DNA from: a bacterium | GTDB taxonomy: Bacteria > Cyanobacteriota > Vampirovibrionia > Gastranaerophilales > JBAXKC01 | Direction of reading: 5' to 3' | DNA: 59,054 nucleotides | Assembly: GCA_037137535.1 (NCBI GenBank) | Contig: JBAXKC010000016.1 | Location: 1-59,054, forward strand | Part shown: piece by piece, positions 21,807 through 31,405 of the stretch | Layout: every line of letters starts with the position of its first letter | How positions within the stretch are numbered: the stretch's first letter is position 1 | Translations under genes and position numbers: made by a program | The notes under the pieces: model-generated | Told to the model about the DNA's origin: nothing | Seen by the model: only the letters and a program-made list of their open reading frames with translations | Database searches by the model: none

Positions 21807-24800
21807 ATGCTTGGATTAGAGAGAGAGTTAGTTTTATCATCTGGTAAAAAATATCAGCAAATATCAAAAAAAGAAGTAAGTTTTGCTGCATCAAATGTAA
21901 ATAATCAAAATAATAGATTTGATTCTATTGAAAATGTTCCTAACTATATTATAAACATGGTTGATGAAAAAATTAAGGAAGATCCTTATATTCACAGTTT
22001 TTGTCCTGAAGCCAAAAATGGAACTCCTCTTCATATAAAAAGGGAGCTTGAAAAATTCTTAACAAAAGCACCAGCATTAAATAAAGATATATTGGCCTCA
22101 AAGCCGGAGAAAGAAGCAATAAATACTTTTACGGCTTATTCTCTTACTTCTTATTTTATAATTAGTAAGGAATTAACCCTTTTAAACTTTAATAGAAATA
22201 AAAATAATGTAGAAAAACAGGCTACTTCTATAAATGATTCCATTCAACCACAAGATAAGAAAACCTTTTCTAATCTTGTAATTTCTGTTATTGAAGCTGA
22301 ATTTAAAAAATCAGGTTTAATTGAGAATAAATTTTCGCCAAAGGCAAAGGCCGAAATTGTGAAATTTACCGAAACAAAAGAGCCTGAATTAAGAAAAATT
22401 TTATCCTCAGATAAAAAAATTGATGAAACTGGTAGAAAAAAATTAAATAAAATTACAACTGAATTATATACAGAGCTTAAAAACAAAGGTCTAGTTGAGC
22501 AAAATGATTCAGGAATTGAAAGAGCTACGACAAGCAGAAATGCTCACAAATCACCCTTAAGACCTCTTTATAGTATTGGTATTGGTATATTAGAGTCATT
22601 ATTGATTCTTCAAAATACTGCACAACCAGTAATAGCACTCATGAATACAAATGATACATTTTTTGCCAGTCAAACGGCTGGAGTTCCCGCATTAGTTCAA
22701 GCTCAACAAAGCAGAGAACAAGTTAAAGAGGCCATGCTAAGTGGTGGTTATGTTTCACCTGTAGGTGCGGCTGAATATGTTTCAAACTTACCATCCAAAT
22801 TTAAAGAATTGGCTACTTCAAATGCAAAAGCAACTCCACATATTAGCTGGAGCCAGCTTTTTGTTCATACTGGAAGTGAAGATGCTTATTATGCAAAACC
22901 ACCTAGCAAGCAAGAATTTCAAAATCTTTATATAATGGCTAACATCATGGAAGTTATCCGACAAGAAGTTGGAGATAAAGATGTTAGTATTATTTCAGGT
23001 TATAGATCAACTATTTATAACTCAACAATAAAAGGTGCTGCTACAAAATCTCAACATACTGTTGCAAATGCAATAGATTTTTCAGTACCAGGTATGAATA
23101 TTCAAGATGTAGAAAAAAAGCTTGATAGGCTTCCTGTATCAATTGAATATAGCCAAGATACTGGAAAAAGCACTATTCACGTAGATAATAGAATGAGAAC
23201 TCAAGGTGTGATTTCTCGCTTTGCATGGCAATCTGACGGAAATATTTCTTCTGTCGGAATGTATAATTCGAATAATCCTAAAGAATCTACAGGAAAGCCT
23301 TTATATCTGAATAGTTTTGATGATATAGACTTTAATTACTTTAAAGATAGAGGTTTAGATAATATTACAGGTGAGTATGTTCAGCCAAAATCAGAATTTA
23401 CAGCACTTGCTAAAGCGTATCAGGTTGATCCTTCTAATGTGAAAACACAAATAGTTAAAGCTCCTAATTTAGAGCAAAACAAAACAAATATAAAAACAGA
23501 TGATAAAACAATTATTGCTTCGTCTTCTCCAAATATAAATCTTGGAGTTAAGCCAATGGACTTGAATCCTGAAGTTGAGTCAAGTGTTGTTACTCCTAGT
23601 GCAGGAGTTGCTCCAACTCCTGAGGTAGTTGTAACTCCTGAATCTACAGTTAAAACATCACCAGCACCTGAACCTGTTGTGATTCCCGATACAACTGTTA
23701 AAGCATCGCCAACACCACAAACTCTTATAACCCCTGATGCAACAATTAAAACCAAACCTCCTGTAATTAATAATTCTCCTATAGTTAAAGAGGAAGAATC
23801 AGGCTCTAAACCAGTTGTAATTAACACTGAAGCTGAACCTTCCAATGTAAAAGTTGGAACAAATACTTTAGATTTAAATCCTGTTGAATCGGAAATTAAA
23901 CAAGCTGAAACTAATGGAAATAATGCTGATAATAAGCAAAATACTGAAACTGATCAAAGACGTTCGACAAGCTCCCTTTTTGCTAAATCTTCAGAGACTT
24001 TACCATCTGAAAAATCAGTACAAGATCAGCCTGCAAGTGATACAAAATCAACGACAAATCCTTCATTAAATCCCATAAAAGATAAAGATAAGGCTGGAGT
24101 AACCTCTAATCCTGTTGTAATAAATACTACAGCTGAAACGTCTAATGTAAAAGTAGGGACAAATACTTTAGATTTAAACCCTGTTGAATCGGAAATTAAA
24201 CAAGATGAAACTAATGTAAATAATAGTGATAATAAGCAAAATGCTGAAACAACTCAAAGACGTTCGACAAGTTCCCTTTTTGCTAAGTCTTCAGCGACTT
24301 CACCATCTGAAAAATCAGTACCTAATCAGCCTACAAGTGATACAAAATCAACAACAAATACTCCATTAAATCCCATAAAAGATAATTCAACAGAAGCAGA
24401 AAAACAAACAAGTGACCTTAAAGTTGGCGTTAATTCACTTTCTTTAAACCCCTCCGCTGATGAATTAGCATCAACTACTGAGGAAAATAACAGTCAAACC
24501 GTTGAAGTTCAACAAAATAACAATTCTGAAACACCTCAAAGAGCTTCAACCAAGTCTCTTTTTGCTAAATCTTCAAATGATTCGAAAATTCCTGTAACGC
24601 CACAAATTGATGAGACTAATTCTGTAAAAAATGAAGAAAAGGGAAATACAAATAATAGTTCAAATATAAAAATAGGTATAAAAAATCTGGATATACAGGT
24701 ACAAGCTCCAGAAACACAAGCACCTCAAAACATAACTCCAAAAGCAGTTAAAACCTCTAAATTAACGGAATCGTCAAAAACTGCTCAAACGGAAGAATCA

Positions 24801-25346
24801 TCTGGCGATATATATTCAACTGATAATGTTGAAAATAAGTGGACAAATCTAAAGGTAAGTAATAAATTTAAAATAAAAGTTATTCAAATGTCTGAAAGAC
24901 TAAACATACATCCTGATTGGATAATGTCAGCAATGGCTTTTGAAACAGGCGATAGTTTTTCAGCTAGTGAAGTCAATAGCGTATCCGGAGCAACAGGCTT
25001 AATTCAATTTATGGATTTTACCGCTAAAGAGCTTGGCACAACAACTGCAAAACTGGCAAAAATGTCAGCGGAAGATCAATTGGATTTTGTAGAAAAATAT
25101 ATGCAAAGAGGAATTAAAGAGCATAAGTTGAAAGACGTAAAAGACGTTTATATGAAAATTTTTGCACCTTCAGCTGTAGGTAAAAGTGGTAAATTCGGCC
25201 TATATTATAAAGGAACAAGAGCTTATACTCAAAATGCAGCTTTAGATAGAGAGAAGAAGGGCGTAATAACTAAAGATGATGCAGCTTCCTTCGTTATAGA
25301 AAGAGGTAAATCTTTAGGTTTGAACCCTGAGGCAACAATTAGTTGA
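21807..25346 (+). CDS. Multidomain putative peptidoglycan hydrolase: VSF leader, peptidase M15, repeat linker, C-terminal lysozyme-like domain
   Basis: ISGYRS...SQHTVANAIDF...IHVD (M15 Zn ligands); WIMSAMAFETG...SGATGLIQFM...QLDFVEKY (lysozyme/SLT-like). Confidence 0.8.
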   Translation: MLGLERELVLSSGKKYQQISKKEVSFAASNVNNQNNRFDSIENVPNYIINMVDEKIKEDPYIHSFCPEAKNGTPLHIKRELEKFLTKAPALNKDILASKPEKEAINTFTAYSLTSYFIISKELTLLNFNRNKNNVEKQATSINDSIQPQDKKTFSNLVISVIEAEFKKSGLIENKFSPKAKAEIVKFTETKEPELRKILSSDKKIDETGRKKLNKITTELYTELKNKGLVEQNDSGIERATTSRNAHKSPLRPLYSIGIGILESLLILQNTAQPVIALMNTNDTFFASQTAGVPALVQAQQSREQVKEAMLSGGYVSPVGAAEYVSNLPSKFKELATSNAKATPHISWSQLFVHTGSEDAYYAKPPSKQEFQNLYIMANIMEVIRQEVGDKDVSIISGYRSTIYNSTIKGAATKSQHTVANAIDFSVPGMNIQDVEKKLDRLPVSIEYSQDTGKSTIHVDNRMRTQGVISRFAWQSDGNISSVGMYNSNNPKESTGKPLYLNSFDDIDFNYFKDRGLDNITGEYVQPKSEFTALAKAYQVDPSNVKTQIVKAPNLEQNKTNIKTDDKTIIASSSPNINLGVKPMDLNPEVESSVVTPSAGVAPTPEVVVTPESTVKTSPAPEPVVIPDTTVKASPTPQTLITPDATIKTKPPVINNSPIVKEEESGSKPVVINTEAEPSNVKVGTNTLDLNPVESEIKQAETNGNNADNKQNTETDQRRSTSSLFAKSSETLPSEKSVQDQPASDTKSTTNPSLNPIKDKDKAGVTSNPVVINTTAETSNVKVGTNTLDLNPVESEIKQDETNVNNSDNKQNAETTQRRSTSSLFAKSSATSPSEKSVPNQPTSDTKSTTNTPLNPIKDNSTEAEKQTSDLKVGVNSLSLNPSADELASTTEENNSQTVEVQQNNNSETPQRASTKSLFAKSSNDSKIPVTPQIDETNSVKNEEKGNTNNSSNIKIGIKNLDIQVQAPETQAPQNITPKAVKTSKLTESSKTAQTEESSGDIYSTDNVENKWTNLKVSNKFKIKVIQMSERLNIHPDWIMSAMAFETGDSFSASEVNSVSGATGLIQFMDFTAKELGTTTAKLAKMSAEDQLDFVEKYMQRGIKEHKLKDVKDVYMKIFAPSAVGKSGKFGLYYKGTRAYTQNAALDREKKGVITKDDAASFVIERGKSLGLNPEATIS
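23811..24385 (+). repeat. 300-bp-period intragenic duplication (100 aa), plus a degenerate third copy to about 24580
   Basis: 23811-24085 is a near copy of 24111-24385 (PVVINT...NVKVGTNTLDLNPVESEIKQ...QRRSTSSLFAKSS...LNPIKD). Confidence 0.9.
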
Positions 25347-25393
25347 TTTTTAAAATATAAGTTATAAAAAGAGAGAGAGAAAGAAGGATAACA

Positions 25394-27013
25394 ATGTTAA
25401 TTAATACTTATAATCCATTAGGAAACTTACCGTTACAGAAAAAAAGCAATATACAACACTCAAAAAATGAAGTTGGATTTGGAGAACAATCAAGAAAAGT
25501 ACTGCTTAAAACTTTAGAATATATTGGTAATATTGACAAAGTGCCGAATGATCCGACAGAACATATAAAAGCTGTTGCTAAGGCAAGTGATATTGAGATA
25601 AGTAATAAAAATGCTAAAGTATTCGGATTAACAATTAAAGGGATTTTAGATGATCCTGAATTAAAAATAGAAGGAAAAAACAGACTAACTGCTTATAAAG
25701 TTTATTTAAGATATTTAAATGATAATGCACCTTTGCTTGAAAACCCTCAAAAAGTTTTTCCAAAACCTGAAATGTTCAGCAATACTATAGTTGCGCATAT
25801 AAGTGATTATCTTGAAAAAAATACTCAAAGAGAATTAGAGTTAAAACTTAAACAAGAAGCAGAAGCAGCAAAGCAACCTGTTTACGAAGCTGAAGAGCCT
25901 GACGAAGTTGAAGAAATAAAACCAAAAAGACATCCGGCTAGAACTGAAGAAGCTGAAGAAGCTGAAGAAGCTGAAGAAGTAAGTTCAAGAAGACGCCCTA
26001 CAAGGACTGAAGAAGCTGAAGAAGGAAGACCTAGAAGACGTCCTTCCCGAGAAGAGACTGAAGAAGTAAGAAGAGAGCATCAAATAAGCCGTGAAAGATC
26101 TAAAAAAGTACAATCCGGCGGATGGCAAAATCAACTGTTAAAAAGAGAAAATATGGCATGGGCTGCGGCTGCATTAATGGGCACTTACATTGCAGCTCAA
26201 AATATAGGTTTACCACAGATTAATATTCCTTTTATGCCTAGTTCTGAAAGAGATGTGGCTGCTCAAGTAGATAAAACTAAAAATATTAATATGCCAGATA
26301 GAGTTCAAGCTGGTTCTGATAAAATTATTAATTCAGTGAAAAGTGGAGCGTTAACTTTATTTACTTTAGAAAAAAATGATGCACATGAAGGTGATAGAGT
26401 AACACTATATGGCAAAAGATTCCCTCTATACTTTGATCAGCAAAATCAAGTATGGGTCACTTTCCTTGTGTTTCCTAAAGAAGCTGCTATAAAAAATGGA
26501 AAAGATAACTACCCTGTATACTTACTAAGAAATGGAACAGAAGCCAAACAATTAGGTTTCTTAGAAGTAAAAGGCAGAGCTCCACGTCAAAATGAAACTA
26601 TTAAGATACCAACTTCTTCATCAGATACTAATCCTGCAAAAGAATCGGCCAGCTCATTAATCATAACTCAAGAGTCTTTTCTTACTCCTGTAAAAGGATC
26701 GTTAGTTCATAAATATGGTGATGAGCTTTCAAATGGAATAGCCACCGATAATGTTATGAAATCTAATAAGGGTAGTTCTGTTATAGCACCTGCCAGAACA
26801 AAAGTAGTTGACGTCTCTGATGATTCTATTACCCTTGATGGTGGATGTGGATTACAATTTACTGTTAGAGGCGTTGGGGCTAATAAAAATCTTCAAGTGG
26901 GGCAAATAGTTGAAAGAGGTTCAGAAATTGCTAAAGTCTCATCTGAAAATGGTGACTTTAATCTTAAATTTACTGTTAATGGTCTGCCAACAAACTTCTT
27001 TAATGGGAAATAA
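25394..27013 (+). CDS. Hypothetical membrane-anchored protein: VGFG leader, charged linker, degenerate M23/LytM-like C-terminus
   Basis: TM segment MAWAAAALMGTYIAA; C-terminal PVKG..YG..GSSVIAPA..VGQIVERGSEIAKV follows the M23 fold without the His ligands. Confidence 0.65.
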   Translation: MLINTYNPLGNLPLQKKSNIQHSKNEVGFGEQSRKVLLKTLEYIGNIDKVPNDPTEHIKAVAKASDIEISNKNAKVFGLTIKGILDDPELKIEGKNRLTAYKVYLRYLNDNAPLLENPQKVFPKPEMFSNTIVAHISDYLEKNTQRELELKLKQEAEAAKQPVYEAEEPDEVEEIKPKRHPARTEEAEEAEEAEEVSSRRRPTRTEEAEEGRPRRRPSREETEEVRREHQISRERSKKVQSGGWQNQLLKRENMAWAAAALMGTYIAAQNIGLPQINIPFMPSSERDVAAQVDKTKNINMPDRVQAGSDKIINSVKSGALTLFTLEKNDAHEGDRVTLYGKRFPLYFDQQNQVWVTFLVFPKEAAIKNGKDNYPVYLLRNGTEAKQLGFLEVKGRAPRQNETIKIPTSSSDTNPAKESASSLIITQESFLTPVKGSLVHKYGDELSNGIATDNVMKSNKGSSVIAPARTKVVDVSDDSITLDGGCGLQFTVRGVGANKNLQVGQIVERGSEIAKVSSENGDFNLKFTVNGLPTNFFNGK

Positions 27014-27037
27014 TTTAATAGAGAGTAAGGGTAAATT

Positions 27038-27997
27038 ATGATTAGTATGCAAACATATAATTTAAATTATCAATTGGGTCAAAAACAAAAAAATAATAAT
27101 CAAGTTAATAATAACAAAATTGCTTTTGGGATTAATGCAGCTAATATTCAGTCTAAAGAGGATGTTGAAGCTGCAGAGTTTCGTAAAAGACTTTCAGAAG
27201 AGTTTGATGATCAGCTTGAACTGGTAAGAAATCTTATTGGACAAGGTGATGATTCTAATAAAAAACCTGCGAATAGCAATTCTTCTGATGAGTTTAAAAC
27301 TGATGCAAGAAATGTCATATTAAATCCTGTTAAAAGAACTATTGTTGAAGTAAAACAAGATAATGGAGAATCTTGTTCAAGAGCATCTTTAATAGAAAAT
27401 AAAGTTAGGTCTGCCTTTAGCCAATATAAAGGTATTAGTTTGAATCCTCTTCAAGAGAATAGAACTTTATCTCAAGCTGATACCAGATGGATTGAATATA
27501 GAGATGAAGAACATGCTAAATTAAAACCTTATGATGAAGAAGATTATGCGATATTAGAAAATAATCTTAAAAACGAAGGTTTCAGCTTTAAACCTAATCA
27601 CTTAAAGAAGCTGTATCAAGTGTTTGCAACTAAAGTAGACAAGGAAATAAAAGCAAATCCTTCAAAATTCAATCAAATTGTTACAGCAAGACCCGGAAGT
27701 GTAGAGTTTGATTTATTAAAAGCATTTGATCCAAAGAAAAAAATGGATCTAAATAGACTTGTAAATCAAGAGATAATTACTGAAGTTGATGTTGATTGGA
27801 TTAAACACAGCACTTATAAGCCTAAAAGCATTTCTAAGCAGTTAGAACAATTTGAAAACAGTCTTTCTCAGGCAAATTACAGTTATGATGAAAAGCAGTT
27901 AATAAGGCTTCATAAAGTTTTGACAGATAAACAAAATAAAAAAGATATTGTTGAATCAGAAGCTATGCTATATGCTAGAGCGCTTGTAGGGGCTTAG
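27038..27997 (+). CDS. Hypothetical protein: IAFG leader and two copies of a novel ~75-aa domain
   Basis: 319-aa ORF with RBS; internal duplication AF..K..L..L.....I...D..WI...L....Y.Y....L.RL..VL. Confidence 0.75.
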   Translation: MISMQTYNLNYQLGQKQKNNNQVNNNKIAFGINAANIQSKEDVEAAEFRKRLSEEFDDQLELVRNLIGQGDDSNKKPANSNSSDEFKTDARNVILNPVKRTIVEVKQDNGESCSRASLIENKVRSAFSQYKGISLNPLQENRTLSQADTRWIEYRDEEHAKLKPYDEEDYAILENNLKNEGFSFKPNHLKKLYQVFATKVDKEIKANPSKFNQIVTARPGSVEFDLLKAFDPKKKMDLNRLVNQEIITEVDVDWIKHSTYKPKSISKQLEQFENSLSQANYSYDEKQLIRLHKVLTDKQNKKDIVESEAMLYARALVGA

Positions 27998-28029
27998 CAG
28001 TACTTGAATTTATAAAAAGGATTTTTCTC

Positions 28030-28749
28030 GTGTTAAATATGAATACCATTAGTAATATAAAGCAAATAAGCGTTAATTCTAAATCGAAAAAGGCAGAACA
28101 GCCTCAACAGAATAAAACTTGCTCAGTGAATAACAATCAAAGTCAAAAATTAAATAACTTTGAAATGGGACAGGCTATTAAATCTAATTTATTAATTTCG
28201 TTTAGTGCTTCAACAAAGAAACAAGTTGAAAATGAAGAGCCATATAGCTTGAGTGATTTAAGCTGGGACACTCCAGAAGATGAAGTTAAAACAAATTCTG
28301 ATGAAGCACCGACTGAAGAAGTAATTGGTTGGGATGATGAGCCACCAGTAAAAGTACCGTCAAAACAAAATGCTTTAATGACTTTTTATAACAATTTAAT
28401 AAAATCAAGTAAACAAGTAAAATCATTTGAAGACGGTGATGATGAATTCTTTGGCAAAGCGGCAGTAATAAAAGGTCAAGTGTTAAATGCTTTCGATGAT
28501 GATAAGCAAATGGATTTAAGTATGCTTGAAGATGATAATACTATTTCTCGTAATGAAGCTGATTGGATTATAAATAGCAAACAGAACGTTAAAATCAATG
28601 AAAATGATCGTGAAGATTATAAGAAGCTAAGTGAAAAACTTACAGATGAAGATTATGATTATGAACCAAAAACTTTAAAACGACTTTATAGTATATTAAG
28701 TCAAAAATTTAATTCAGCATCAGAAGCCATTTTCACTCATATTTTTTAA
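28030..28749 (+). CDS. Hypothetical protein: ISFSA leader and one copy of the same novel domain
   Basis: GTG start after AAGGA. N-terminus is paralogous to 28792; C-terminus is homologous to the repeats in 27038. Confidence 0.75.
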   Translation: MLNMNTISNIKQISVNSKSKKAEQPQQNKTCSVNNNQSQKLNNFEMGQAIKSNLLISFSASTKKQVENEEPYSLSDLSWDTPEDEVKTNSDEAPTEEVIGWDDEPPVKVPSKQNALMTFYNNLIKSSKQVKSFEDGDDEFFGKAAVIKGQVLNAFDDDKQMDLSMLEDDNTISRNEADWIINSKQNVKINENDREDYKKLSEKLTDEDYDYEPKTLKRLYSILSQKFNSASEAIFTHIF

Positions 28750-28791
28750 TATGAGTGAATTTATCATATATGAGCAATAAAGGATTTTTTC

Positions 28792-30933
28792 ATGTTAAAT
28801 ATAAACACTATTAACAATATGAAGCAATTAAGCCTAAATCCTAAAGTAAAAAAGGATGAAAAACTTAGCATTAACTTAAATAATAATAGTCATAATACAA
28901 CGCATGCCCTAAATAACTTTCAAGTTGGGCAAGCTATGAAATCAAGTTTATTAATCTCCTTTAAAGGTCAGGATGATGAGGCAATTAATACTCCTCAGAA
29001 TTTAAGTAATTTAAATTGGGATACAGGAGAAGAGGACGACGAACTTAAACTTGAAGAAAATGAGAAATTAAGCTGGGATGCTGACGAAACTGAAACTATG
29101 CCTGAAGTAAATAAAAAAACTAAAAAGACTGAAGTATTGACTTGGGATAGTCGTTCTAATCGAAATGAAAGACCAAAAAGAACTTCTCCAAAATTGTCAA
29201 AAGAAGATAAAAAAGAAATAGAAAGAAATAAAGTTTTAGATCAACTTGTATGGGAACGTAAAACCCGAAATTTCTTTAATACCGTAAAAGTAACTGCCGT
29301 AGGATCATTACTTGCAGCAGGAGCTATTTTTGCAAAGCCATATATACCTGTAATTCAGAAACAAGTTGATAACCTTTCAAATACAGTTGAGCTTGTAAAT
29401 AATCCTCAATGCGCAGCTCCTTCAGTAGCCGCTAAAGAGTTATTAAAGCCAACACCTTCAGAGTTTTTGAAAAAAGAAGGTGATACTTCTCCTGATCCAT
29501 ATCATTTAAAAACTACCGATATTTGTATTTCAAAAACTAAACTTGACCAGCTCAATTTGGTTAAGTCCTTAGTTGAGAGTAAAGAGCAATATTTAAAATT
29601 ATCTTCCGATGAAATACAAACTTTTAATGCAATGCGTCAAAAATCGCCATCGTATATGGAAGTTGATCATGAAGGAAATAGACAAAGTTTGATTACTTTC
29701 CTTCCTAAGCCAGTTAAGTTAAGTGATGGTAGAGTTTTACCTGAAGGCACTGTTGCAATTGAAACCTATATAAATAGAGGCGTAAATAATTCTAAAAAAA
29801 TTGAATTAATGGCTTTTATTGATCCAACAACAGGATTTATTGATAATGTTGAACAAGACTTAGTTAAAAATATGCCTAAAGAATTTGCTCCTAAATCTTT
29901 AGAAGGTCTTCAAGAAGTAAATAATGCTGCAAGACAAACAAATGAAACAATAAAAGAAATTATTAGCAGATATAATGCTAAAGATAATCCTGATGTCAGC
30001 GATACTTTAATTCCTCAACCTCACAGCAGCAGTTTCTTTAAAGTCAGACCTTATGATTTAGATGTTTTAGATCAGACCTTATTAAAAAATAATCATCCTG
30101 CTATAATTTATAAAAATGATGATGGCACTGTTAATATGATTTTTGCTCGTGCGGAAAATAATCAAAATAAACCTGTTGGTGAACAAGTAAAAGGTCTCTT
30201 CAATAAAAATCCGTTTGGTGAAGCTTTTAAAGGATTTACAGATAAAATTCAGTACTCTTTTGTGTTATTTGATAAAGGTGCAAAATTACCTGAAAATGCA
30301 AGCGTTAACGATCCCCATGTTGCGGATGAGATTTCTGATAAAGTGAAATCTTTTGTTTTTGTAACAAATGACGGTACGATTGGTATTATATCCAAAGATG
30401 GTATTTATATACCGCCTCTTAATACACTTGATTTCAACAAAGATTCTTTTGCAGAAATGCTTTCTGTCAAAGAACAAGTTCACTCAATGAGACAGCAACT
30501 TTTTGAAGACGGTAAATTAGCAAACTTTAGTGAACTTCTTGAAGGTAACGACAAGGTTACAAATATTTCCAGAATAGATTATCAGACAATTCCTAATGCT
30601 GTTGAGCCGGATGTAATAACAGCATTGCATGCATCTTTTATTGGCAAAGATTCTATTGTATTAAACGGACAAAAAAATATGGAACTATTGGCATTAAAAA
30701 AACATAGAGATTTTGACTCTAAGTCCATTAACTATGAATTTAGCGTTAATCCTATCGGTAGTAAAGTTTATACAGGTACAATCAATGAAAGCGGACAGAT
30801 AGGCTTTAATAATCCTGCTGCTACTCAATTTGAAACAGATACCGTAAAACGTAGAGTAAGAACATTAATTGAATCAGTAAGAAATCAATCTAATAATATT
30901 ACCGTTACTAATTCATCCGTACCGACAAAGTAA
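28792..30933 (+). CDS. Hypothetical single-TM protein with ISFKG leader
   Basis: 713-aa ORF; LxWD repeats, then TM VTAVGSLLAAGAIFA and a large unknown domain. Confidence 0.75.
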   Translation: MLNINTINNMKQLSLNPKVKKDEKLSINLNNNSHNTTHALNNFQVGQAMKSSLLISFKGQDDEAINTPQNLSNLNWDTGEEDDELKLEENEKLSWDADETETMPEVNKKTKKTEVLTWDSRSNRNERPKRTSPKLSKEDKKEIERNKVLDQLVWERKTRNFFNTVKVTAVGSLLAAGAIFAKPYIPVIQKQVDNLSNTVELVNNPQCAAPSVAAKELLKPTPSEFLKKEGDTSPDPYHLKTTDICISKTKLDQLNLVKSLVESKEQYLKLSSDEIQTFNAMRQKSPSYMEVDHEGNRQSLITFLPKPVKLSDGRVLPEGTVAIETYINRGVNNSKKIELMAFIDPTTGFIDNVEQDLVKNMPKEFAPKSLEGLQEVNNAARQTNETIKEIISRYNAKDNPDVSDTLIPQPHSSSFFKVRPYDLDVLDQTLLKNNHPAIIYKNDDGTVNMIFARAENNQNKPVGEQVKGLFNKNPFGEAFKGFTDKIQYSFVLFDKGAKLPENASVNDPHVADEISDKVKSFVFVTNDGTIGIISKDGIYIPPLNTLDFNKDSFAEMLSVKEQVHSMRQQLFEDGKLANFSELLEGNDKVTNISRIDYQTIPNAVEPDVITALHASFIGKDSIVLNGQKNMELLALKKHRDFDSKSINYEFSVNPIGSKVYTGTINESGQIGFNNPAATQFETDTVKRRVRTLIESVRNQSNNITVTNSSVPTK

Positions 30934-30952
30934 ATAGTTCTCTATAATTTCC

Positions 30953-31000
30953 AAAAAAGCTCTTCTCTATGATAATTACATCAAACAGAAGGGCTTTTTT
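30953..31000 (+). terminator. Intrinsic terminator closing the five-gene cluster
   Basis: aaaaaagctcttct...agaagggctttttt. Confidence 0.65.
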
Positions 31001-31118
31001 ATATGAAATTAATTTTTCTTCTTTTTTATATACTATCGGGGAATTAATTACCCAAAAAATACAGATACTATATTTTTATAACTTACTCGTTAATTATTTT
31101 AAGGGAGAGGGTATTTAA

Positions 31119-31346
31119 ATGTTAAAAATGAAAAAACATAAAACACAGGCTTTTAAGGTGATATCGCATGCAGTGAATGACAGTATAAAGGCTGCTGAAC
31201 ATAAAATTGTTGATATTAAAGATTTTATTGAGCCTGGTATTACAGAAGTGCAGTATAGACTTTCAAAACATCCTATTAGTGCAGGATTAGCACTTTTAGG
31301 TATTGGTATTGCGATAGTGGGTAGTATGAAACTTTTGAAAAAGTAA
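31119..31346 (+). CDS. Small C-tail-anchored protein (possibly ElaB/YqjD-like)
   Basis: Strong RBS; HP followed by a C-terminal TM and a KK tail. Confidence 0.6.
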   Translation: MLKMKKHKTQAFKVISHAVNDSIKAAEHKIVDIKDFIEPGITEVQYRLSKHPISAGLALLGIGIAIVGSMKLLKK

Positions 31347-31363
31347 ACTAAAAGCTTTTAAGA

Positions 31364-31405
31364 AAAAATAACATCCATGTTTATGACAAACAGGATGTTA
31401 TTTTT
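31364..31405. terminator. Bidirectional terminator
   Basis: aaaaataacatcc...ggatgttattttt between convergent genes. Confidence 0.7.

Noticed and set aside
21807-25346. Prophage endolysin or tail lysin
   Set aside because: No holin, structural or integrase genes nearby, and the N-terminus matches the chromosomal leader family.
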